From: Planctomycetota bacterium
GTDB taxonomy: Bacteria > Planctomycetota > UBA8742 > UBA2392
NCBI GenBank assembly: GCA_020638635.1
Contig: JACKIE010000003.1
Span: 68,362 to 132,361, forward strand
Direction: 5' to 3'
Length of the DNA stretch: 64,000 nt
Shown here: positions 9,816 through 20,083 of the stretch, one piece after another
Layout: each line of letters opens with the position of its first letter
Numbering within the stretch: the stretch's first letter is position 1
Notes under the pieces: model-generated
Databases searched by the model: none
What the model was told of the DNA's origin: nothing
The model's input: the letters and a program-made list of their open reading frames with translations, nothing else
Program-made: the position numbers and the translations under genes

Positions 9816-9865
9816 GCGGGGCGTTCGGCCAAGGCGTCAGCTTCTAGCGCCGCCGCCGTTAGCCA

Positions 9866-9906
9866 GCTCGTACGCAAACCACGGTTGAACCACGAAGAGC
9901 CACGAA
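9866..9906. repeat. Tandem 10-nt array (RRCCACGAAG)n; right arm of the inverted array pair
   Basis: AACCACGGTTG AACCACGAAG AGCCACGAAG GACCACGAAG. This is the reverse-complement core of the 8868-8899 array. Confidence 0.8.
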
Positions 9907-9941
9907 GGACCACGAAGTCAACGTTCAGGATGGCTCCGCAT

Positions 9942-10089
9942 GCGATCTTACCGGCCCTGAAAGGGCCATTCTGTCAGCCCAAGGCAAAGCCTTGGGGGAA
10001 TCAAGCGCCGCACAAGACACGGCCCTGAAGGGGCCGTTCACCAGGTCGTCGGCCAACCCGAACCGGCCATGCGCCACAAAAACCCGGCC
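9942..10089. repeat. Cluster of four small GC hairpins (REP-like)
   Basis: GGCCCT-gaa-AGGGCC (9942-9956), CCCAAGGC-aaa-GCCTTGGG (9967-9985), ACGGCCC-tgaag-GGGCCGT (10008-10026), CGGCCT-gcaa-AGGCCG (10074-10089). Confidence 0.7.
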
Positions 10090-10584
10090 TGCAAAGGCCG
10101 TGGGATCAGCAGCGTGCGGCTCACTTACCCGGCCGCACACGTCAAAGGCCCAAGACTGATAAACAGGAAATGGACTCCGGCCGACGAAGGCGTGGGTCAA
10201 CACAACGCCGCGTCCTGTAACTTCCTACCCCTCCTGATCATCGCAGGCCTGCGCGAACTTCCGCCCGCGCCAACCCACTTCGCCGAGGTTTTCATAGGTC
10301 AGGCGGCTTCCGCCTTCGCTGAAGCTATGGCGAGCAAGTCGGCTGACAGGTCGCCCGTTCGCGGAAAGATGTCCACGCGGAGGCGCGTGGGCGCAAAGAG
10401 CTTGCATGCAGGGAAGGCGTTTCAAAGCCGCCGCGCACCTTCATTTGTGAAGGCTCATTTCCGCGCCCGGTGGGCCGTATACAATGATTCCGAGTCTTTG
10501 ATCTTCTCGCGCTATGCAGCTGCCGTGTAATCCCGGTCTAATCTCTCTCTTCCGCTCATCCATTTCGGCGACGTACGTAAATGA

Positions 10585-12423
10585 TCACTCGGGAGAAGAC
10601 CCGGTGTCCGTTTCCAGGCTTGGGCCACCGGGTGTCATCTGGTTGGCATCAATCTCAACTTCCTGGACAGGATGCTCGGCACTGAGCGTCACCTGAACCT
10701 GTACGGGAGTGAAACCATTGCCTCGGGATGCCCAAACTGTGTACGTGCCGCGATTCACGCTGAGTGCTGAAAATGTGTGCGTGTCGCTGCCATCCGTTAG
10801 TACCGGTGCTTCGAACCCCTGGCGGAGCTTCATCACGGCGACGCGGAACTGCTCACCGGACGCCATGTTTTTGAAACGCACGGTGATACTTCCAACGGCC
10901 GTCACGACCACCACATCGCCAAGGTCAACGTGAACACCGGGTTTTGCAGACAGCTCAACAGTGGTGCGCTCGCAGCCCTGCGCTTCGACGTACAATTTGG
11001 TGATGTTCGAGGGCACACCCTTTAAGATAATGACGCCTTCCGTATCGCCCGCGGTACCGTTTCCGGTGTTGCTAAGTTCCCGCCGGTCAACCGTTCCGTC
11101 CTTCCGTTTCTGTAATATCTGATTGCTCAGCTTACGCACAGTATGCCAATTCGGCATGGCGTGATAACGGGTAGACGCGAAGCAGGGCGTGACAGGTTTC
11201 CCAAGCTCATCAACCACGCGGCAGCGGACTGTGATCGGCTCAGCAACCTGCGGCTTGAACACTCTTACTTCCTTTTCCTCAAGGACAAATGGTTCGGACT
11301 CCCACACGCCTCTCGGTCCGGATATTCGAATCACGTACTCCAACCCGGCCAACAACGTGTAGTTGCGGTAGAGTCCACCCCAGTTAGGCTTGCCGAACGT
11401 GCTCCAGATAGCCTCACCTTGGATGTGCATTTCCCACCCTTCATTCTCTCTGAAGCCATCGAGCTCTACATGCACAGCGCAGCGCGGTTCACTGCTTTCA
11501 GGAATTACAACAGTCAGTGACCTTGCATGAGTGTTGAGAGGTATTTCTACACAGAACGGGTTTTTCCAGCCGAGTCGGTATCCGACTGTGCTGATGTTGA
11601 GCCACTGCGCACTCTCAGGCACTTCTAAAGTTACACCAGATCCGTTCACAACCAGACCTGTAGAGCCGACATTGATTCGTGCCAGTGGACCTGCTGACTG
11701 TACTCCCTTGGCCCAGTAAGACACTGTGACAGTTCCTTCAAAAGGAGCTTGATCGGCATATTTTATATCAACAGATATCCGCACCTCGCGGTCAACGACT
11801 ACGATTACCTTGCTATGCGGTGGACTGACTTCGAACACGGTATAATCTGCCGCATCAGCTGTTGCCACACCTGGCGCCCTGTACATATCGCTTGCGAGTT
11901 GCCATGTCAAAGATAGCAGCCGTACATAGAAGTACCCATGTGTTCTCCCCGATGTCTTGACGGTTACTTTGTCGCATCCGTCAGCATTCGCTTCGCTCGT
12001 ATGCCAGTCTAAAAGCGGTGGCTTCGATTCATAAGCCGCATGACGATCGTACTCCGCTACTGATATATACGCATATTCGTAACCCATTCCTGCAACAGTC
12101 TCGTCCGAACGACTACGAAAACAGACGGTAACACTCGACTCTGGCTCCTCACTGGGTCCGGAGTTCGCAGGCAGTTCTACGGCCGGCTGATTTACTTTTA
12201 TCTGGGGCAGCTTCGTCTGGGGCTGTAACTCCCCCGTGCGCTGGCCTGGTTCGTTTTCTGCGGGCTCTTTGAGAAGTTCGAAGCCAATACGGGGCTCATT
12301 TGAGTCGGGTGCTTGCCGGCTCAGCCATATCCAAGCCGCTGCAACGACAAGCAGGATGACAACGCTAGCTATTGCTGTTGCTGTTGCTGTTGCTGTCTCT
12401 CGTTTGGGTCTATCTTTATTCAT
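10585..12423 (-). CDS. Membrane-anchored protein with a Pro/Glu linker and repeated beta-sandwich-like domains (low-GC island gene 1)
   Basis: N-terminal anchor AIASVVILLVVAAAWIWL follows an (AT)n stretch. The rest is beta-rich. GC is visibly lower than in the flanks. I recognised no catalytic motif. Confidence 0.6.
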   Translation of the reverse strand: MNKDRPKRETATATATAIASVVILLVVAAAWIWLSRQAPDSNEPRIGFELLKEPAENEPGQRTGELQPQTKLPQIKVNQPAVELPANSGPSEEPESSVTVCFRSRSDETVAGMGYEYAYISVAEYDRHAAYESKPPLLDWHTSEANADGCDKVTVKTSGRTHGYFYVRLLSLTWQLASDMYRAPGVATADAADYTVFEVSPPHSKVIVVVDREVRISVDIKYADQAPFEGTVTVSYWAKGVQSAGPLARINVGSTGLVVNGSGVTLEVPESAQWLNISTVGYRLGWKNPFCVEIPLNTHARSLTVVIPESSEPRCAVHVELDGFRENEGWEMHIQGEAIWSTFGKPNWGGLYRNYTLLAGLEYVIRISGPRGVWESEPFVLEEKEVRVFKPQVAEPITVRCRVVDELGKPVTPCFASTRYHAMPNWHTVRKLSNQILQKRKDGTVDRRELSNTGNGTAGDTEGVIILKGVPSNITKLYVEAQGCERTTVELSAKPGVHVDLGDVVVVTAVGSITVRFKNMASGEQFRVAVMKLRQGFEAPVLTDGSDTHTFSALSVNRGTYTVWASRGNGFTPVQVQVTLSAEHPVQEVEIDANQMTPGGPSLETDTGSSPE

Positions 12424-12714
12424 CGTTTCAACACTTCACTGGAAGTAGTTGCGCCTTTCTTACAAATATTCTATTAGATACCATACATCATTCGTTCATG
12501 TGTCTCATGTAGCGCTTGTGATACATACTCAGCCCAGGTATGAGTAAGAGCATTCGAGTTATTGACGCATCTGATGGAACGGCATAGGTACGGCGTTAAC
12601 TGGTTTCCGTTGAAGCTCCCATGCAAAGGTGCTATGCATGAGCATTCTTAATTTGCTTCCACCCGTTCCTGCACCCTAGTGTATTAATTGCTCGTGGCAA
12701 GGGCCGTACCAGTC

Positions 12715-13422
12715 CTATTCGAAGTACAACGTGTCGATCGGGACAGGGTTGGCGCCATAGTAATCGTCCCATGCTTCAAGACTACCTTCAGCGCAGGTGC
12801 TCGTCGTTTCGCTGTAAACCTCCAATTCAGGCCGGTCGGTGCCCGCGAAAGCCGTGGCATACAGTTTGTACCACAATGAAAAGTAGTTTTTGTTTGTGAC
12901 AACGACTTCACCTGGTGATCTCACAGCGGAACAGACATCGGATGTGTCTTCGCGCACGATCCTTGCTTCATCTTGAATGTAGTCAGGGTCTGTTTCGGAT
13001 GTATCGAAACCATACTCTACGTTGTGTAAGGCGAGATACACAGTCGATGAATCAGAGTAATGACTGTCGACCCACACGCGGCCATCCACCCACCCGTGAA
13101 CATTGTAAACCCAATCGGGGGAATTCGCGCCACTGATTACACCAGAGATACGGTTCCCGTCATTGATTCCCGCGAATCCGCACTTGTCCTTGTCTAATTC
13201 CCCGGATACATGAACACATGTCCACAATGCAGTATTGCTTCCCATGTCCTTTGACATGTCGATCTCGACTTCGTCCCCCCAGCCATAATCTTCAAGCACG
13301 CCAGAGCTCGTATCGGGATCGACATCGTACGTACAACCTATTGCTTCAATCTTGTATGGTTCATATGTCACCAACAAAGCGGCCACGAGTGCGGCGCATA
13401 TCACGATACTATATTTACGCAT
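12715..13422 (-). CDS. Secreted hypothetical protein (low-GC island gene 2)
   Basis: ATG 13422 gives the signal peptide MRKYSIVICAALVAALLV. The track ORF extends to 13659 through the poly-G tract, but that extension looks non-coding. Confidence 0.55.
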   Translation of the reverse strand: MRKYSIVICAALVAALLVTYEPYKIEAIGCTYDVDPDTSSGVLEDYGWGDEVEIDMSKDMGSNTALWTCVHVSGELDKDKCGFAGINDGNRISGVISGANSPDWVYNVHGWVDGRVWVDSHYSDSSTVYLALHNVEYGFDTSETDPDYIQDEARIVREDTSDVCSAVRSPGEVVVTNKNYFSLWYKLYATAFAGTDRPELEVYSETTSTCAEGSLEAWDDYYGANPVPIDTLYFE

Positions 13423-13492
13423 GATGATCTCTCCAGATTTGGATACAGTGCATCTACATCGCAGATTCTGAATGTGTGGTTGAGGAAGTATA

Positions 13493-13507
13493 CCCCCCCC
13501 CCCCCCC
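13493..13507. repeat. C15 homopolymer (G15 on the gene strand) 71-85 nt upstream of the 12715..13422 start
   Basis: Counted directly: 8 C at 13493-13500 plus 7 C at 13501-13507. Confidence 0.9.
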
Positions 13508-13686
13508 GAAGTTTCAACAGCTAAACATGTAACTGCGACGCCCGTGTTTTTTGCGGCGCGGTTGATGGCATGCTCGGTCTTTTTGGTGTGGTGTTTCGTG
13601 TGCGCGGTTGCCGCTTTGGTGGCCGCACGCCGCGGGGTACTGCTATCTACATAATCCAACTTCTTCGTAGGCTCGCAGACTTCTTC

Positions 13687-14370
13687 CTACGCGTCGAGGA
13701 TTCTGGTGCAGTGGGGACAGCGCAGGATTTCTTTGCGGGCGCGGACCTGCATGGCCAGTTGCGTGTTGATCTCGCCTGAACAGGCCGAGCAGAAGCCTTC
13801 CGCGATCTTTGCCAGCGCCTTGCCCGGGTTGCGGGCGTTCACTTCATCGTAAACCGCAAGCAGCTTGGGCGTGACCAGCGCGGCCGCCGTGGTACGGGCG
13901 GCCTCCGTGGCTTCAATCAACTGCTGCGCCGCTGCCGCCACGTCGGCGTTGGCCTTCAGCTTCGCCGCTTGGATTTCCTGTTTCTGCTTCAGCTCGGTCT
14001 CGGCGACTTGCACTTCCTGCTCGGCGATGGTGACAGCCGTGAGCAGGTCGAGCCCGCCGGTTTCCAGCTCGTCGATCTTGTTGCGCTGCTTGGCGGCGGC
14101 CTCCATGCCGGCCTCGGTGCCCTGGGCCTCGAGTTGCTTCACGCGCGCGTCCAGGCGCAGCAGCTCCTGCTCCAGTTCCTTGTGCTCGCCTTGCAGCTTG
14201 CGGAGTTTGCTTTTGCGTTCCTCAAGGGCTGCCTTGGCGGCCTCGACCTTGGCGTGCTCGGCCTGGTTCTCGCGCTCGAGCTTGGCCAGTTGCTCGCGCT
14301 GGCGCACGATCACGGCGTCGTGTTTCTGCACGGACCACAGGGCGTCAAGGCTTTCGGAGAACTCGGCCAT
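13687..14370 (-). CDS. Coiled-coil zinc-ribbon protein (COG1579/DUF164-like)
   Basis: A long coiled coil is followed by the C-terminal CSACSGEINTQLAMQVRARKEILRCPHCTRIL (CxxC...CxxC). Confidence 0.8.
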   Translation of the reverse strand: MAEFSESLDALWSVQKHDAVIVRQREQLAKLERENQAEHAKVEAAKAALEERKSKLRKLQGEHKELEQELLRLDARVKQLEAQGTEAGMEAAAKQRNKIDELETGGLDLLTAVTIAEQEVQVAETELKQKQEIQAAKLKANADVAAAAQQLIEATEAARTTAAALVTPKLLAVYDEVNARNPGKALAKIAEGFCSACSGEINTQLAMQVRARKEILRCPHCTRILDA

Positions 14371-14460
14371 GGACCCGTTGTAGCGAATCGGGCCGGTTTC
14401 GGAAACGCAGAAGTGGGTTGTGCCCGCGCTCCGCGCCTGACTGCCCCGGACGTGACGGAT

Positions 14461-14572
14461 GGGGACTGTCCCGGAACGGGAGTCGTCGAATTCACGCGGG
14501 CAAGCCCGCGTGTCCCCGGCCTTTCGGCCGGGGCTCGAATTGCGGCTCGTGAATGAGCCGGGGACAGTCCCC
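14461..14572. repeat. Nested palindromes downstream of rpoD (probable terminator/processing structure)
   Basis: The outer inverted repeat is GGGGACTGTCCCGG (14461-14474) / CCGGGGACAGTCCCC (14558-14572). It encloses CGCGGG-caag-CCCGCG (14495-14510) and CCCCGGCC-tttc-GGCCGGGG (14514-14533). Confidence 0.5.
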
Positions 14573-14579
14573 TCGGCCT

Positions 14580-16604
<2,025 letters not shown>

Positions 16605-16719
16605 CTAGTCTTCTCTTCCTGTGCAGGTTGTGCCTGCATTCCGTTGACACCTGCTTAAACGAAGCAGGGTTGCCTGCTCCATCCTGTAAATCGCGCCGAA
16701 TCAAGCTTTCCGGACTGTT

Positions 16720-18600
16720 TCAAGCCTGCCTGGTGCGACGCCCTTTCTTTTGACGCAATTCCTCAAGGCCTTGCGCCCGGGGTTTTTCGCTCCCGGCCGC
16801 GAGCTTCTGTATTTCCTGAACCAGCCGGCGTTCTTCCTCCTCGTCAACCGGGCTGCCCAGGTCGGCGGGGATTCTGATGTGCTCCAGTACTCTTTCAAGC
16901 TCCTGCCTTGCTTCATTTTGCAGGTGCGAAAGCAGCGCGCCGGGCACCACCTCGCCGTGCTCGTCCCAGGCGTTCAGCATCTCGCGGTACAACTCGCGCA
17001 GCGCCTCCGTGCTGAAGGCCTCCGGCGTCAGCGAGGCCGAGGCCGTGGCCAGCGTGCGGGGGTGCTCAAACAGCCTTCGCAGCACCTCGCGCTCGTAGGC
17101 CGCGCGCGCGCCGCCCGGGGCGGGCGGCTGGGCCTGGCGCGGCTGCTGCTCGCGGCCTTGGGTTTCGGCGTGCTTGATGTGCTCGGACTGCACGGCGCTC
17201 ATTACCGCGGCCTCGCGCAGGTTCAGCGCTGTGGCTGCGCGCCTTGCGTACAGTTCGCGCAGGCTGGGGCTTTCGGCGCGGCCGATCATGGTTGCCAGCT
17301 CGCGCAGGGCCTGCTCGGCCTCGACGGGGCGTTGCAGGTCGTGGCGGCGGCGGATCAGCTCGAGCTTGAAGTCGAACGCGTCGCGAGCGTCATCCAGCAC
17401 GCGCTGCAGGCCTTGCGGGCCCTGCTGGCGCAGCAGGTCGAAGGGGTCCTTGGCGCTGGTGATGGTGGCCACCTTGGCGTCCACGCCCATCTCAAGCACC
17501 ACGTTTACGCCGCGCTCGGCGGCGGCCTGGCCGGCCTCATCACCGTCCAGCACCAGGGTGATGCCGTCGCCGTATCGGTGCGCCAGCGACACCTGCTCGC
17601 GCGTGAGCGCCGTGCCCAGCGGCGCCACGGTGTTGTCGAAGCCCGCCTCGTGGGCGGCGATCACGTCCGTGTAGCCCTCCATCAGCAGCACGCGGCCGGT
17701 TTCCTTCAGCTTGCGGGACTGCGCCAGGCGGTCAACGCCGTAGAGCAGCCTGGATTTGTGAAAGAGCAGCCCTTCCGCCGAGTTCACGTACTTCTGCGCC
17801 TTGGCATCGGGGTCAAGCAGTCGCGCGCCGAAGCCGACAATCCGCCCGCGCGCATCGCGGATGGGAAAGGTAACCCGCCCGCGGAAAAAGTCGTACCAGC
17901 CCCTCTCGTTGCGCTTGCAGAGGCCCGTGGCCTCGATGGTCTCGACGTCGAACTTCCTGAGCGCGGCGTCGGATTGCCGATGAAATTCGTCCGGGGCGTA
18001 GCCGATGCCCCAGCTTTCCGCCACTTCGCCGCCCAGGCCGCGCGATTCGAGGTACTGCCTCGCGGGCTCGTGCTTTGCCAGGTTGGCGACAAAGCCGCGC
18101 TGGGCCCACTCCATCATCTCCAGGGCGCGTGCCCGCAGGCTGCTTTCGTTGCGGCCGGGAGCGTTGCCGCCCTCGTAGCTGAGTGTTACCCCGCCGCGAT
18201 CAGCCAGTTTTTCGAGGGCTTCACGGAAATCGAGCTTCTCGTGGGCCATCACGAAATCGATCACGTTGCCGTAGACGCCGCAGCCAAAGCACTTGTACGT
18301 CTGGCGGCTGGGGGAAACGGTGAACGACGGAGTTTTCTCATCGTGGAAGGGGCAGTTGACCCAGTATTGGGAACCGCGCTTCTGCAGGGGCACGTAGCCC
18401 CTGATCACGTCGATGATATCGTTGGCCCGGCGAACCTCCTCGATGCTCTCGCGCGTAACCCTTGCCAATGAGCGTCTCTCCCGGCGAGAAGCACTCCCTG
18501 TCTTCGCTTGCGAAAACGGGGAACGCCCCCAGACCACCCTGCCAGACTGGCAGTAAGCTGAAGCACTCGGAAACGTATCACATGGATTGGGCAACGTCAA
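16720..18600 (-). CDS. dnaG: DNA primase
   Basis: CHC2 zinc finger CPFHDEKTPSFTVSPSRQTYKCFGCG and Toprim LMEGYTDVIA...VLDGDEAGQAAA. The true start may be internal (TTG 18469, ...LARVTRESIEEV...). Confidence 0.9.
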   Translation of the reverse strand: MTLPNPCDTFPSASAYCQSGRVVWGRSPFSQAKTGSASRRERRSLARVTRESIEEVRRANDIIDVIRGYVPLQKRGSQYWVNCPFHDEKTPSFTVSPSRQTYKCFGCGVYGNVIDFVMAHEKLDFREALEKLADRGGVTLSYEGGNAPGRNESSLRARALEMMEWAQRGFVANLAKHEPARQYLESRGLGGEVAESWGIGYAPDEFHRQSDAALRKFDVETIEATGLCKRNERGWYDFFRGRVTFPIRDARGRIVGFGARLLDPDAKAQKYVNSAEGLLFHKSRLLYGVDRLAQSRKLKETGRVLLMEGYTDVIAAHEAGFDNTVAPLGTALTREQVSLAHRYGDGITLVLDGDEAGQAAAERGVNVVLEMGVDAKVATITSAKDPFDLLRQQGPQGLQRVLDDARDAFDFKLELIRRRHDLQRPVEAEQALRELATMIGRAESPSLRELYARRAATALNLREAAVMSAVQSEHIKHAETQGREQQPRQAQPPAPGGARAAYEREVLRRLFEHPRTLATASASLTPEAFSTEALRELYREMLNAWDEHGEVVPGALLSHLQNEARQELERVLEHIRIPADLGSPVDEEEERRLVQEIQKLAAGSEKPRAQGLEELRQKKGRRTRQA

Positions 18601-18786
18601 ATGGGGGGACTTGACAAGCCTTGTCGATTATGGGCGTCCGTAACCTGCTTGAAATAAGGCTTTAAGGCCAATTCCAAACACCGTGTTCGACCCATGCTTG
18701 ACATCGGTGTTTCGCTGAATACGCTTTTTTGCTCGATTCTCGGAGCCGTCAGGGCCGCGAATTGTCAACTTGAGACTGACATGCAG

Positions 18787-18863
18787 GCCCCTATCGTCTA
18801 GCCGGCCTAGGACGGAGCCCTCTCAAGGCTCAGACACGGGTTCGAATCCCGTTAGGGGTACCA
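18787..18863 (+). tRNA. tRNA-Glu (anticodon CUC), CCA encoded
   Basis: Acceptor GCCCCTA/TAGGGGT (G1-U72 wobble). T8 C9 and the D-arm GTCTAGCCGGCCTAGGAC resemble bacterial tRNA-Glu. Anticodon arm GAGCC-CTCTCAA-GGCTC. T-arm ACGGG-TTCGAAT-CCCGT. Discriminator A followed by CCA. Confidence 0.85.
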
Positions 18864-18949
18864 TTCGAAACGCGCGGGCGTTCCTACGGGGCGCCCGCGC
18901 GTATTTGCGGGTGATTGATCGCCCAGCAACGTATGGAACTGCGGGTTTT

Positions 18950-19106
18950 CCACTAAGAACACGAAGTCCACGAAGAGGGGCCAACGATTGGACCACGCGA
19001 AGGCGCTAACACACGAGATTTAGCCTCCGTCGATCTTTGCGCCCTTGCGCCTCCACGCGGCTTCCGTAGTTGCGGTTCTTCGTGAGCTTCGTGTCCTTGG
19101 TGGACA
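18950..19106. repeat. About 157-bp imperfect palindrome built from CACGAAG / CTTCGTG 10-nt arrays (empty inverted-array element)
   Basis: Left arm CCACTAAGAACACGAAGTCCACGAAGAGG... Right arm ...GGTTCTTCGTGAGCTTCGTGTCCTTGGTGGAC. The reverse complement of the right arm aligns with the left over about 45 nt. It lies 87 nt after tRNA-Glu. Confidence 0.75.
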
Positions 19107-19144
19107 AAACACTTTAAACCCGCATGCGAGGCGGGAGAGAGACC

Positions 19145-19906
19145 ATGAAGATCAGCCGTGAAACCATTGTTGAGGCCTGCAAGACTGCGCTGGCTGCGCT
19201 GCCTTCTGTGCGGGCTGCTTTCCTTGGCGGCAGCGAGGCTTTCGGCCGCCATGACCGCTACTCGGACATCGACCTTGGCGCTATCGCCCCCATGGCAGAC
19301 GCGCCGGTGATCTTCGCGGCCGTGGAGGCCGCCCTGGAAGCCCTGTCACCGATCGCGCTGAGGCTGGAGATGCCGCTGAACGCAACCTGGCCGGAGCTCA
19401 GCCAGCGTTTCTATCGACTGAAGGACACCGACGAGTTCCTGATGATCGACTTCTGCCAGCTTACTCCTGCGCAGATGCAGACCTTTCTTGAGCCCACGCG
19501 CCACGGCCACGCGGTGGTGCTGTTCGACCGCGACGGCCTGATCAAGCCCGTTTCGCTGGACCAGGCGGCGCACCAGGCGGCGATCGAGCGGCGGCTGGCG
19601 TGGCTGAAGGCCGCGTTCCCCATGTTCCAGAACCTCACGCGCAAGGCCGTGCTGCGCGGCGATGATGTGGAGGCAACGGCAACCTGGATGAACCACACAC
19701 TGCGCCCGTTGGTGGATTTGCTGCGCATCCGCCATTGCCCGGCGCGGTTCGACTACGGATTCCGCTACACACGCATCGACCTGCCGGCCGAGGCGCACAC
19801 AGAGCTGCGAAGCCTGTTGTGGCCCAGCAGCGGCCAGGACCTGCTGGCAAGGTTGGACCGAGCAGACGCCCTGTTTCAACGCACTCTACAAGAGTTGGGA
19901 CGATGA
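19145..19906 (+). CDS. Nucleotidyltransferase-domain protein (Pol-beta superfamily)
   Basis: GS-x10-D-x-D motif in LGGSEAFGRHDRYSDIDLGAI. ATG 19145 is preceded by GGGAGAG. Confidence 0.65.
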   Translation: MKISRETIVEACKTALAALPSVRAAFLGGSEAFGRHDRYSDIDLGAIAPMADAPVIFAAVEAALEALSPIALRLEMPLNATWPELSQRFYRLKDTDEFLMIDFCQLTPAQMQTFLEPTRHGHAVVLFDRDGLIKPVSLDQAAHQAAIERRLAWLKAAFPMFQNLTRKAVLRGDDVEATATWMNHTLRPLVDLLRIRHCPARFDYGFRYTRIDLPAEAHTELRSLLWPSSGQDLLARLDRADALFQRTLQELGR

Positions 19907-19909
19907 ATC

Positions 19910-20044
19910 TCAGGGCAGTTGCACATGCGACTGCGTCTGCCGGCGTGGGTCGTCTGGCGTACGCAGGAAGATCAGCAGCAGGCCGAAGCCGACTGCCAGT
20001 GTCGTGCTGAGGGCGACGGCGAAGTAGAAGGCCGTGTGTCTCAT
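19910..20044 (-). CDS. Possible 44-aa single-pass membrane peptide downstream of the selenoprotein candidate
   Basis: My own translation gives MRHTAFYFAVALSTTLAVGFGLLLIFLRTPDDPRRQTQSHVQLP. It is below the track size cut-off and starts 39 nt after the upstream stop. Confidence 0.25.
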   Translation of the reverse strand: MRHTAFYFAVALSTTLAVGFGLLLIFLRTPDDPRRQTQSHVQLP

Positions 20045-20083
20045 GCCGCTACAAACGGCGGAACCGTGCGGGAGTTCGCGGGC

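Noticed and set aside
9925-10530. ORFs 9925..10203 (-), 10069..10530 (+) and 10225..10425 (-) in the repeat-rich gap
   Set aside because: They overlap one another and are built from hairpin and REP-like sequence. They have no start context or recognisable motifs, so I treated the region as non-coding.
13423-13659. N-terminal extension of the 12715..13659 ORF through the G15 tract
   Set aside because: The extension (…TKHHTKKTEH…SGGGGG…) looks non-coding. A proper signal peptide starts at ATG 13422.
18787-19906. tRNA-adjacent genomic island or integrated mobile element
   Set aside because: No integrase, direct repeat of the tRNA 3' end, or phage/transposon genes are visible. Only a palindromic array element and a nucleotidyltransferase gene follow the tRNA.
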